64,000 nt of DNA. It comes from Candidatus Sysuiplasma jiujiangense. Its GTDB lineage: Archaea > Thermoplasmatota > Thermoplasmata > Sysuiplasmatales > Sysuiplasmataceae. Below, in pieces: positions 29,158-38,519 of this stretch; position 1 is the first letter of the stretch; the number at the start of each line of letters is the position of its first letter. Made by a program: the position numbers and the translations under genes. Location of the stretch: NCBI GenBank assembly GCA_019721075.1, contig JAHEAD010000004.1, positions 62,001-126,000 on the forward strand, read 5' to 3'. The notes beneath the pieces were generated by a model. It made no database searches and was not told where the DNA came from. It saw only the letters and a list, made by a program, of their open reading frames with translations.

Positions 29158-29534
29158 ATGCTCATTATTTTGCTGCCTTCATTCTGCGCCAGAAAGCTTG
29201 TAAGACCGCCTATGCTGTCAACTACGTCTGTATAGTCCTCCTTCCTGAGGTTGAAGAGTTTGGACGCCATGCTGCAGGCGATCACCTTCACCCTGCCGGT
29301 TGCCTTTGCTTTCGCAAGATATTCGCCATACCTACCCCCGTTTTCGTTTTCTTTTATGGCACGCGACGAATCTCCTGATGAACTTATCAACGGCACTTTC
29401 CTGAATGCCTGAACACCGTCCATGGTAGCAAAAATTTCAGTCTCATCACCCATGCTCGATGCAAGGAATGCCGTCATCGCTGCAAATTCTACCTTTTCCA
29501 GGCTGTTTGAGCCGAGAACAACCGCTATCTTCAA
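29151..29534 (-). CDS. DsrE-family sulfur-transfer/peroxiredoxin-like protein
   Basis: IFATMDG...F, KVIACSMA...F, VD.I.G...FL. Confidence 0.8.
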   Translation of the reverse strand: MKIAVVLGSNSLEKVEFAAMTAFLASSMGDETEIFATMDGVQAFRKVPLISSSGDSSRAIKENENGGRYGEYLAKAKATGRVKVIACSMASKLFNLRKEDYTDVVDSIGGLTSFLAQNEGSKIMSIW

Positions 29535-29550
29535 GCGCGCATCACCAGAC

Positions 29551-30705
29551 TCAAATCAGCGTTCGAGCGTGCAAGCTCCAGTACATTTTGTTGTATGCCA
29601 GCTTGCCCCACCAGTATATCTGTGAGGGCATAGGGGGGTTTGGCGGATGGTTGTAGTCAAAGCGTATGTAGGTGGCCTGATCCATTCCAGTTGCAATGAA
29701 GCAGAAGACAGTACCGGGATAGTTCTTCTTGCTGTCTGTTCCGGTAACATCTGCTGCAACATTGTGGCTCACAACGTATGATTCGTAGTCTGCGGTAGAG
29801 CCTGCCTTTGAAATGGCTATGTCGGTGGTGTCTCCCATGGCGTAGATGTTGTCGCGCCCCTTAACCTGGAGTGTGAATTTATCTGTTGCGACCCAGTTCC
29901 TTCTGTCACCAAGACCGGAGTCGCCAATCACCTGCGCTCCCTTATGTGGCGGTATGCTGACAAGAAGGTCGTAGTTGAGCGTTTCGCCTTCTTTGGAAGT
30001 CATCTTTTTTGCATGCTGGTCAACGGAAGCAAGAGTGAACTGGCTGTGAACATTTATGTTGCGCTCCTCGAAAATGTGCAGCATCATTCTGTTCACATTG
30101 GGTATGCCGAAAACGCCGGCGACCGGATAGCAATAATCTATGCTGATCTTGTCCCTTATTCCATTCTTCCTGAAGTAATCGTCCAGCATCAGCGTTATTT
30201 CAAGCGGCGCGACAGGACATTTATGCGGAAGCAGGGATGTGTCCACGACCACTCTTCCCTCTTTAAATGACCGGACCTTCTTCCACATTTCCTGTGCCTT
30301 TGAAAGGTCAAAGAATGTGTCGGCACCTTCGCTGAAACCCGGAATCTCGCCAGGCTGTATGTGAGATCCGGTAGACAGGACAAGATGGTCGTATTTGTGT
30401 TTCACACCGTCGGAAGTGCTCACTTCGCTGTTATCCGCATCAATTTTTGTTATGAGTCCCTTGTCTCCGGTTATGAATCTGACCCTCCTGTCAAGCACGG
30501 AGCGTTCCATAACATAAGTTTCCTGAGGCTGCATTGCACCCATTGCTACCAGAAGAAAACCGGGCTGGTAAAAGTGTTTCTCGCTTTTATCGAGCACTGT
30601 CACGTTTACATTGCCGCTGTCAATTTCATTCGAAAGCTTTTGAGCGATTCTGTTGGCAACAATAGTCCCCCCTATCCCTCCACCTGCAATCAGTATATTT
30701 TTCAT
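29551..30705 (-). CDS. sqr: Sulfide:quinone oxidoreductase-like flavoprotein
   Basis: I.GGG.GG, HFYQPG, YD.LV..TG, KCPVAPLE, IPPH.G, YA.GD.T....SKAG..A, VFCFI (two catalytic Cys). Confidence 0.82.
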   Translation of the reverse strand: MKNILIAGGGIGGTIVANRIAQKLSNEIDSGNVNVTVLDKSEKHFYQPGFLLVAMGAMQPQETYVMERSVLDRRVRFITGDKGLITKIDADNSEVSTSDGVKHKYDHLVLSTGSHIQPGEIPGFSEGADTFFDLSKAQEMWKKVRSFKEGRVVVDTSLLPHKCPVAPLEITLMLDDYFRKNGIRDKISIDYCYPVAGVFGIPNVNRMMLHIFEERNINVHSQFTLASVDQHAKKMTSKEGETLNYDLLVSIPPHKGAQVIGDSGLGDRRNWVATDKFTLQVKGRDNIYAMGDTTDIAISKAGSTADYESYVVSHNVAADVTGTDSKKNYPGTVFCFIATGMDQATYIRFDYNHPPNPPMPSQIYWWGKLAYNKMYWSLHARTLI

Positions 30706-30945
30706 TCATTTCACCTTCTGTATGACCATCCTGTATTTTCCGTCCTCAGATCTGTCGACAACCACCTTATTTCCAGTCTTTGCCGTCCAAGCGAGTACGT
30801 CGTTTCTTGTTGCCTCATCAGAAACAATTATCTCCACCCCTTCCCCGGCATATGCGTCGTTCATTGCACCGGATAATTCCCCAATAGGACCAGTACAGCT
30901 GGATGACGTGGCATCTATCGACTTATACAACTTCATCCCCTCCAT
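30706..30945 (-). CDS. TusA/SirA-family sulfurtransferase
   Basis: IDAT..SCTGP, G..VEI..SD....NDV.AW....GN. Confidence 0.82.
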   Translation of the reverse strand: MEGMKLYKSIDATSSSCTGPIGELSGAMNDAYAGEGVEIIVSDEATRNDVLAWTAKTGNKVVVDRSEDGKYRMVIQKVK

Positions 30946-31415
30946 AGCAAGATCTCCCGAAATTTATGGAAGACATTATGAAATTCCACAAATTTAATAC
31001 TTATCTGAAATTTCTGTGTCGGACATGGGCCGCTTAGCTCTCTCCCCGCGGTTAACGAACAGTGGCATCTGCGGATTATGCGGCTGCCAAATAAAACCAG
31101 GAATTTGAGCGGAGGCCTGTATGACACTTTCATGTTTGCATATGACTGTTCATGTCAGATGTGTGAGATGTGATAGAGTGCGGCACTGTCAATCCTCAGA
31201 TTGCAACTTTAACGAGCTGCTACGGGGATGCGTCCCTGTTGCTCAGTATTGCACACTTCCATCCCTAATATTATTTGTCACACTGTTATTGTTTCATCCC
31301 GTATCCAGTGAATCTGTAGGTTACAGATTCACTGACTGCGCAAAATGCATATTTCAATCAGAAAAATGCTATGTTACAGTTTTAAGTAGTTACCGGAATT
31401 TAAAGCGTAACGCAA

Positions 31416-33731
31416 ATGAATAATCTGATAATCAGTGAGAAAAACAGTGTTGCCCTCCGCCTGGCAATAGTCCTTTCGGAAGGCAAATTCCAGAGGGAAA
31501 GGTCCCCGGGAATTCCTATTTTCCGTTTTACAAGGAATGGCGATAATTACACAATCGTTGGCTTGAGGGGCCATATTGTCGAATTAGATTATCCCGACAA
31601 ACTTAACAGCTGGGAAACTACAGATCCGAAGGAGCTGATATATGCAACTCCTGAAAAGCGGGTACTTTACAAGAAGATGGTTGATGCCCTGGTATCTGAG
31701 GCGGAAAACGCTGACTGGATAATCGTGGCAACCGATTTCGACAGGGAGGGAGAACTTATCGGTTTGGAAGCTATCGAGCTGATCAGGGGAGAAAATCCGC
31801 CTACAGGAAAGGTCTCAGAGTCTGTTCTAAGTGATCTGAAAATCAGGAGAGCTCGTTTTAGCAGTCTCAGTCGCTCTGAGGTGCTGAAGGCATTTGATGA
31901 GTTGCACCGCCTGGATATAAAACTTGCAAAATCTGCCGAGTGCAGACAGCTGATAGACCTTGCATGGGGGGCCACGCTTACACGCCTGCTTTCCCTTGCT
32001 GCAAACCAGGTTGGAAAGAACTTCCTCTCAGTTGGGCGTGTCCAGAGTCCTACACTGGCACTGATAGCGAGAAGAGAAAGGGAAATAGAAAGTTTCGTGC
32101 CAAAAAGCTATTACACACTTGTCGCAGATTGCAAAAAAGGGACTGAATTCACTGCAGCGCATGAGCAGAACCCGTTTTGGGAAAAAGAAAAAGCAAGCGA
32201 AATATTCTCCAGGATAGGCGGTGAAAAAACCGCGGCCGTTGAGGGATACTCCGCAGAGGAAAAGGAGGAATACGGTCCAACACCGTTCTCAACCACATTG
32301 TTCCTGGTGGACGCCACCAGGCTCGGCTACTCGGGCGCCGAAGCAATGGATATTGCCGAAAGGCTCTATTCAGACGGCCTTATTTCATACCCCCGTACAG
32401 ACAATACCGTCTATCCGCGTTCCCTCTATCTTAAAGGAATACTCGAGAAATTCAGGCAATCCGAATTTGCAGAGGATGCGCTGGCGCTTCTGTCGCAGGA
32501 GAAGATCGTTCCAACAAGAGGCAAGGTCGAGACAACAGACCATCCGCCGATTTATCCTGTGGAAGCTGCAACAAGGAAAAAGCTGTCGAAGAAGGAGTGG
32601 GGAATCTACGAGCTGATTGTAAGAAGATTTATGGCTTCCGTTGCTCCCAAATCTGTAGTGAAGAACAGCAGGGCCAGACTCAATATCGGGGGCGAACTGT
32701 TTCTCGCTGACGGAAAGGAGATGGTTTATGAGGGGTGGAGACACTATTATCCTTATTACAAATTTTACGAAACGAAAATACCTGAACTAAAGACAGGTGA
32801 AAGGGTGGAGGTCAATGGTGTGCATCTCCTTGAGGACAAAACCAGGCCCCCTTCACGTTATAATCAGGGAAATTTGATAAAGGAGATGGAGAAACTCGGT
32901 CTCGGAACGAAGAGCACAAGGCATGAGATAATTCAGAAACTCTACGACAGGAAGTATGTGCAGGGAGAGAGCATAAAGCCGACACTTACCGGCCTTTCCG
33001 TGACGCTTGCTCTTGAGAAAAGGGCGCCTGAGATTTGTGACAGCAAAATGACCGCAAGTCTGGAAGCCGACGTGGATAAAATCGCCGATGGCAGTAAAGA
33101 AATGGAGGAGGTTGTGTCCGAATCCAGGGCCATGCTCGGTACCGTTGTGGATGAGATCAATGCCAACAGGGAGGAAATTGGCAAACTGATCAAGGATGCA
33201 ATACTTGAACAGAAGAAGATCGGAAAATGCAGGGCGTGCGGCGGCGATCTGAGAATTATTGAGAGCGGCAGAAACCGTTTTGCCGGCTGCTCAAATTATC
33301 CCGAGTGTGCGGTGACGTATCCCCTGCCTTCAGGATATCTGATAAAACCGTCGGAAAGCGAATGTGAAGTCTGTTCGCTTCCCAAAATAAAACTGATTTC
33401 ACGCGGAAGCAGGCCGATTGAGGTCTGCATCGATCCTTCCTGCGAGTCCAACAGGCTAACTGGTTCGGTTGGCAAATGTCCTAAATGCGGCAGGGAGCTG
33501 CGCATTGTCCGATCACAGAAAGGGAAGAGATTCATAGGTTGCTCCGGTTATCCGGAATGCAATACGACCTATCCGCTTCCGCAGTCAGGGATTGTATCGT
33601 TTTCCGGCAAGAGTTGCGATGTCTGCGGCGCACCAGTCATCGAGATAAACTATCAGGGGAAGGGGAAGTGGAGCACCTGCGCAAATATGTCATGTGCGTC
33701 AAAGTCACGTCAATCAAGATCACGCAAGTAG
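31416..33731 (+). CDS. topA: DNA topoisomerase I (type IA) with C-terminal zinc ribbons
   Basis: ISEK, GH, ATDFDREGE, SVGRVQSPTL, ISYPRTD (catalytic Tyr), GLGTKSTR, GCS.YPEC repeats. Confidence 0.95.
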   Translation: MNNLIISEKNSVALRLAIVLSEGKFQRERSPGIPIFRFTRNGDNYTIVGLRGHIVELDYPDKLNSWETTDPKELIYATPEKRVLYKKMVDALVSEAENADWIIVATDFDREGELIGLEAIELIRGENPPTGKVSESVLSDLKIRRARFSSLSRSEVLKAFDELHRLDIKLAKSAECRQLIDLAWGATLTRLLSLAANQVGKNFLSVGRVQSPTLALIARREREIESFVPKSYYTLVADCKKGTEFTAAHEQNPFWEKEKASEIFSRIGGEKTAAVEGYSAEEKEEYGPTPFSTTLFLVDATRLGYSGAEAMDIAERLYSDGLISYPRTDNTVYPRSLYLKGILEKFRQSEFAEDALALLSQEKIVPTRGKVETTDHPPIYPVEAATRKKLSKKEWGIYELIVRRFMASVAPKSVVKNSRARLNIGGELFLADGKEMVYEGWRHYYPYYKFYETKIPELKTGERVEVNGVHLLEDKTRPPSRYNQGNLIKEMEKLGLGTKSTRHEIIQKLYDRKYVQGESIKPTLTGLSVTLALEKRAPEICDSKMTASLEADVDKIADGSKEMEEVVSESRAMLGTVVDEINANREEIGKLIKDAILEQKKIGKCRACGGDLRIIESGRNRFAGCSNYPECAVTYPLPSGYLIKPSESECEVCSLPKIKLISRGSRPIEVCIDPSCESNRLTGSVGKCPKCGRELRIVRSQKGKRFIGCSGYPECNTTYPLPQSGIVSFSGKSCDVCGAPVIEINYQGKGKWSTCANMSCASKSRQSRSRK

Positions 33732-33883
33732 CATCCCGGTGCCCATGGGTATCAAAATTCGTCCTGCGTCCAGTAAACTACTTATATTGAGAACATTACA
33801 GTTATTTAGTGAAGGGAGGGATGGGCAATATGTTTTCACCTTTCCCTTCAGGGTGAGGTTTCCCCCACCTCACCCATTAAACT

Positions 33884-34687
33884 CTATTTTGGGCGGGGAC
33901 TCAATTCCTGCTGTATCTGCTTTAATTCATAGGTGCTGCTTGATTTCTGCATGAAACCCGCAATATCATTCCTGATGGTATATGGCCGCTTGACGCCGAA
34001 GAAACATTCGCTGGGTATTGCTCTCGGGATGTCGGTTCCCTTGATGCTTACTTTGCCGTTCATACCGTCTCTTCCCATAAGGTTAACGCCAAGTCCGAGG
34101 CCTGCCGATGTTACCGGTATTATGTTCCCGAATGAAAACAGTCTTCCGAGCAGCGACATATGAACATCGATATCAACAAGATTTTCATAACGGACATAGA
34201 CTTCGTTGTAGGTGAGAAATCTCCTTATCATGGCTATCCTGAAATTGGTTATGAAATACTTGTATGCCTTCCTGTAATAATCGGCCAGTACAAAAGCAGC
34301 TATTCCCGCCGCAAGTGTAATTCCTCCAAGGAAATAACCCGGTGCCGTCCTGAAAAATGAAAATGTTTTCAACAGCAGAACTGCCGAGACGATGAGAAGG
34401 ATGAATGCTCCGAACGTGATAAAATGCCTGTGTCTTCTGGTGAGCATAAGTGCCGCCAGTGAAAGAAGAAATGTTACAATTAACCAGAATAATCCGTAGC
34501 TTCCTGCATCTGCCGTACCGAAAATTATTGACAGGTGCGATGCTGCGGGAACCAAAATAGGATGTATGTATTCCCTCCAGTATGGGCTCACCGCCAGCGC
34601 CGTGTATACTATCCCCCATGCTATGAAAATTGCACCAACAAGATATATTCTGATGAATGAAAGCCTGCTCGGGTGCAGCTCCTTCAC
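33884..34687 (-). CDS. Membrane protein with bacterial PH-like (bPH_2) domain
   Basis: Four TM segments, then Y.ITN.RI...R.F......V.Y..L.DI.V..SLLGRLF.FG.I. Confidence 0.7.
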   Translation of the reverse strand: MKELHPSRLSFIRIYLVGAIFIAWGIVYTALAVSPYWREYIHPILVPAASHLSIIFGTADAGSYGLFWLIVTFLLSLAALMLTRRHRHFITFGAFILLIVSAVLLLKTFSFFRTAPGYFLGGITLAAGIAAFVLADYYRKAYKYFITNFRIAMIRRFLTYNEVYVRYENLVDIDVHMSLLGRLFSFGNIIPVTSAGLGLGVNLMGRDGMNGKVSIKGTDIPRAIPSECFFGVKRPYTIRNDIAGFMQKSSSTYELKQIQQELSPRPK

Positions 34688-34834
34688 AAGTTTTTCATCC
34701 GGGAACAGCTGTATATCCGTTCTTATTCCTTCCTTTAAAGGGGTTATTTATCGGAGTCGGGCCGTGAAGTGTATTTTCTGGTGCCTTATTTAATTAATGG
34801 TCCTAAGCGCACGAATGAAATTCAAGATGTGATA

Positions 34835-35410
34835 TTACACGCGCCTGCGGTTAAATGGTGCGGTTTCCCTATCCCTGAAATCGCCGGAAATTGACTGCCT
34901 GATTTCCGGTCTTATGCCATAATCAGCTCCTTCTGCAATGCTTTTTTCGGCCGAGATCAGAAGCGCCGCCCTTCTGATCTTCCTTCTGAATTCATCATCA
35001 GTTCTCATGAAGCTCCAGATAACCAGCGTCCTGCCGTATCTGTCCCTGAATAATACGTCACATGTGTGAAAAATCCTGTGCCGCAGTCCTGATTCATTCA
35101 GCTCAAGCGAATAGATTCTGGAAAATGTGATACTGCGCTTCAGAACAATGAGTGTCGACGAAACAACTTTTCCGGTCGACGTGTCCAGAACATTTTTTGT
35201 GCTCTTCCAGAGGGCAACGGGAATAATGCATGTTACTGTTTCACCGGCAAAAATATAGGGTGTCAGGAGGTACGAATGGAAGAGGAATGAGAAGACACTG
35301 ACGGTTTCAGCCGCATAAAGCTGAAGAAGGAACAGGACGCAGAGGAATGCCGATGCGGCCAGGTATGGAAGAGGGGAGGAAGATCCCACAACATTCATTT
35401 TTGTCTTCAT
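34835..35410 (-). CDS. Membrane protein with degenerate bPH-like domain
   Basis: Two N-terminal TM segments; SITFSRIYSLELNES...RIF.TCDV.F pattern; 10 nt after the upstream ORF stop. Confidence 0.55.
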   Translation of the reverse strand: MKTKMNVVGSSSPLPYLAASAFLCVLFLLQLYAAETVSVFSFLFHSYLLTPYIFAGETVTCIIPVALWKSTKNVLDTSTGKVVSSTLIVLKRSITFSRIYSLELNESGLRHRIFHTCDVLFRDRYGRTLVIWSFMRTDDEFRRKIRRAALLISAEKSIAEGADYGIRPEIRQSISGDFRDRETAPFNRRRV

Positions 35411-35420
35411 TTATGTCTCA

Positions 35421-36128
35421 CTACTCCCCGGCACCCGAACCTCCTGAACCCCCCGCCAATTTCCCGGCCATACAGATTCCTGCCAGGATGCCGCAGTTGA
35501 ATGAAAGCATCGCCAGGGAAGCCGGCGAACTGCTCCTGATGTAATTGGAAAGTTCTGCGAGTGTGCTGTCTGCCGTGAATTCGCTGAACGGGTATTCACT
35601 GTCAATCGCCGAAGAAAGTGAAATGGAAAGCATATCCACCTCCGGCCTGAACTCTGCGCTCTCCAGCGCGCTGCGTACCTTTCCGGCTTCCCTTTCCACT
35701 TCAACCAGCTCACTTCTTCCTTTCGGTCTGCCGACCTCCTGCGTGAATGAAAAATTGTATTTTTCCAGCCCAGGGATTTCAAAAGTGCGGATCGGTTTTT
35801 GTCCGAGAGATGAAACCAGGCCTAGTGCCAGCTCAAGTGTTTCGGACTCTCCCTTAAGCCATCCTGACCAGAATGCAATCTCAATCAGCGTCTCCGGCTT
35901 GTCCATTGCGTTGTTCCCCGAAACGACTGCTCCCGGTCCCCTCCTGGAAAGGATGTCTCCCCGGATCTGTCTGGCCCACCATACGTCTTCAAATGAAATG
36001 TCTTCGAGTATGGAAACGGCCTCTGCAACCTCATCCCTTACTTCGCTGCACCACTGCATAAGGACAGATTCGACTCTTGCAAGGCAAAGACTGTCCTCAT
36101 GATTCTGTACTTTTCTTCCGCTTTTCAT
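35421..36128 (-). CDS. Hypothetical protein, coupled to the VirB4-like gene
   Basis: ATG at 36128 overlaps the ATPase TGA (TGATG); no recognisable family. Confidence 0.55.
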   Translation of the reverse strand: MKSGRKVQNHEDSLCLARVESVLMQWCSEVRDEVAEAVSILEDISFEDVWWARQIRGDILSRRGPGAVVSGNNAMDKPETLIEIAFWSGWLKGESETLELALGLVSSLGQKPIRTFEIPGLEKYNFSFTQEVGRPKGRSELVEVEREAGKVRSALESAEFRPEVDMLSISLSSAIDSEYPFSEFTADSTLAELSNYIRSSSPASLAMLSFNCGILAGICMAGKLAGGSGGSGAGE

Positions 36129-37933
36129 CAACCGCAGCCTCCACACATCAGTGCTATTTGTTCGAGTGTCCGGTTCGCCGTCTCGGCGACGAATGATTGA
36201 AATCGAGTCGTTTCGGTGTTCTCAGTACTGCAAAGAATAAACTCAATGTCGCTCGAGTCATGCTCCAGCAAAATCTTTCTTTCGCCGGTGAACAAAATGC
36301 TGTGGCTGTATTTCAGTTCACGCGGAATTACGGTGTTTATGAAAGCATGGTCCTCCTCATCAAGCTCGAGAACTGAAGTCATTCCGCCCTCAATCTTTTC
36401 ATGCCGGAACAGGAACAGCGATGCTGAGTTGTTCAGTATGCTTCCGTTTGAATCTGACACCAGATCCTTCAGATTCTGTGTTATGAGCACGATGCTCAGA
36501 TTGTAATGGCGCGAGTGTCTCATCGCCTTTGACAGATTGGAAAGCAGCATTCTGTCCTCAATGAATTTCCATGCTTCGTCAATGAAAATGCTCTTTCTGC
36601 CCTGGAGTTCCATGCATAAGCCGAAGGTGCAGTCGAGAAGGAATATGGACACAGCGTTCCTGACATCAGGATTCAAATCCGAATAATCTATCGTGCTGAC
36701 ACGAGCAGGATCTCTGAATATCCAGCTGCCTTTTGTCAGAAACTGAAGTTCGCCTGTGAGTGAGCTTTCAATTCTCGCCGCCGCATCCATCCTCCCCTCT
36801 TTTGACATTTCCGCTGCTATCGAACGGAGTACTGCCGAAATCTGTTGGGAGCCGCTGTTTCTCAGCCGCCTTCTGAACGATTCCCTGAACACCGAAGCTG
36901 TTCCAGCATCCGGCATGATACTGCAGAAAAGTTCCTCGATTTCGGGAATCAGATTTGTGTCGAGCGATGGAATCACGGACCCGATGCCTATTCCGTCATT
37001 TTTCACATTTACGTGCCTGCCACCAAGAAAAATGGTCACCCACTCGAATTCCCCCAGCGGATCCAGGATGAAACTGTAATTTCCGGTGTTTTCAGAGTTT
37101 TCCCTGATGAGCATCAGTTTTGCAAAAAAACTCTTGCCGCTGCCGCTCTTTCCGACAATGACACTGTTGAAGTTGGTTCCTGTGAACCTGTCAAAAACAA
37201 CGGGTGAAAGATCAGCCGCATCATGCCCTATGAGGATTCCCTCTTCATGAATGAGCGGTGTCTGGCTGAAAGGTACGAGCGAAGGAAGTGTCTGCTCGGT
37301 CACCGTCACCGATATGTCAAAAGTTGGAAGCACTGAGCGTGAGAAGTGTCTGGAAAGTTTCTCCTGCTCAAATTTTCCATCGTATACCTTGATTCCCGCT
37401 GAATCCAGCTCTGCAGTCAGCTCATTGAGCATCGACGCGGTATCGTCAGCTGTTCTCGAAGAAACGCAAAAAACAATCGCTGCCTCGATAAGGACCGTCC
37501 TGTCTGAGATAATGGCCTGCCTGAGTTCCTGCAGTTCCATGTTAAGCTCTGTGAGATGCGAAAAATGTCTGCCAACCTCTGTCCTGCGAATAATCTCAGA
37601 GCCGCACCGTGTAAGGGCCCTGTCTATTCTTGCAATCGAGTTTTTCTTGCTGAGCGGAAATGTCGACAGAGAAACTGAGAGGTAGGGGAATCGCTGAAGC
37701 AGCCTGCAGATAAACTGTTCCGGTAAATTCGCTGGCAGCTGTTTCACGGCCATAAATGAATAGCATGTGCCGCCAGAGACAATCAGCCGCGTCTTCAGTG
37801 ACCCTGATATCACCGGTCGCCGCCGGGTATGGCTCAGCCGTGCCAGTTCAGCCACCCCATTTTTTTGAAATGCCGCTCCCTGAGCGGGAGTCAACGTACT
37901 CATTTGATGGCATTCCGTCGATCGAAATTTCAT
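36128..37933 (-). CDS. VirB4/TraC/CedB-like FtsK-HerA superfamily ATPase (start uncertain)
   Basis: GILIG......PV.FD.F, N..IVGKSGSGKSF..K (Walker A), ILDP.GE, IFIDEAW (Walker B), RHSRHY...I.LITQ. Confidence 0.85.
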   Translation of the reverse strand: MKFRSTECHQMSTLTPAQGAAFQKNGVAELARLSHTRRRPVISGSLKTRLIVSGGTCYSFMAVKQLPANLPEQFICRLLQRFPYLSVSLSTFPLSKKNSIARIDRALTRCGSEIIRRTEVGRHFSHLTELNMELQELRQAIISDRTVLIEAAIVFCVSSRTADDTASMLNELTAELDSAGIKVYDGKFEQEKLSRHFSRSVLPTFDISVTVTEQTLPSLVPFSQTPLIHEEGILIGHDAADLSPVVFDRFTGTNFNSVIVGKSGSGKSFFAKLMLIRENSENTGNYSFILDPLGEFEWVTIFLGGRHVNVKNDGIGIGSVIPSLDTNLIPEIEELFCSIMPDAGTASVFRESFRRRLRNSGSQQISAVLRSIAAEMSKEGRMDAAARIESSLTGELQFLTKGSWIFRDPARVSTIDYSDLNPDVRNAVSIFLLDCTFGLCMELQGRKSIFIDEAWKFIEDRMLLSNLSKAMRHSRHYNLSIVLITQNLKDLVSDSNGSILNNSASLFLFRHEKIEGGMTSVLELDEEDHAFINTVIPRELKYSHSILFTGERKILLEHDSSDIEFILCSTENTETTRFQSFVAETANRTLEQIALMCGGCG

Positions 37934-38519
37934 CCGAGAGGGCTCTCAGCAGATAAGCCTGGCTTTCGTTCGACAGGACGGCATAATGATTTCGGGACCG
38001 ATAATCGTGGAAACCCAGTTTATTGCATCCGCGGCAGTCTTTCCCGCCCCTTTCCATACTGTGAAGGGAATCCTGCACCGCCAGGGATATGAATTTTGAG
38101 GATGAATTTGCGGTGCAGCACAATTCTATAAAAGATGACAGGAACACTTCCTTCTGCCGGCTGCCGGCCGATGCAAAGTTGATTTCACGGAGTTTGAAGG
38201 ACAGGACACCACAATTCGAATGAGGCTCAGAACTCGAATTAAAGAGAAGGTCATGTTTATAACCGACGCGACGGGCATTTCTGCGGCAATGCATGAAATA
38301 TTTCGTCGCAGAGGGAACGAAATGCCTGATCAGAATGAAGGCTGCGCCTGAGGAGATCAGTATGAGTGCGAATGTGCCGCTGTCGCGGCGGCCCGTCTGT
38401 GCGATCAGCATACCTCCCAGTGCAAAGGCAGTGAAAATTATCATCTCTCTCTGGGAAAATGGCCCGAACGCCGGACTTCCTGAGTTGAGATTCGGCGGTA
38501 CGTAGCACTGTTCAGTCAT
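37848..38519 (-). CDS. PrgI/VirB3-like membrane protein with VirB4 N-terminal-like extension
   Basis: YVPPNL......FGPFS.RE plus two TM helices (PrgI pattern); then INFA......KE..L..F..L. Confidence 0.6.
   Translation of the reverse strand: MTEQCYVPPNLNSGSPAFGPFSQREMIIFTAFALGGMLIAQTGRRDSGTFALILISSGAAFILIRHFVPSATKYFMHCRRNARRVGYKHDLLFNSSSEPHSNCGVLSFKLREINFASAGSRQKEVFLSSFIELCCTANSSSKFISLAVQDSLHSMERGGKDCRGCNKLGFHDYRSRNHYAVLSNESQAYLLRALSDEISIDGMPSNEYVDSRSGSGISKKWGG

Noticed and set aside
30946..31415. 470-bp gap with a Cys-rich 100-aa ORF (31121-31423)
   Set aside because: No recognisable motif or RBS; more likely a divergent promoter region. I found no convincing repeat or RNA structure.
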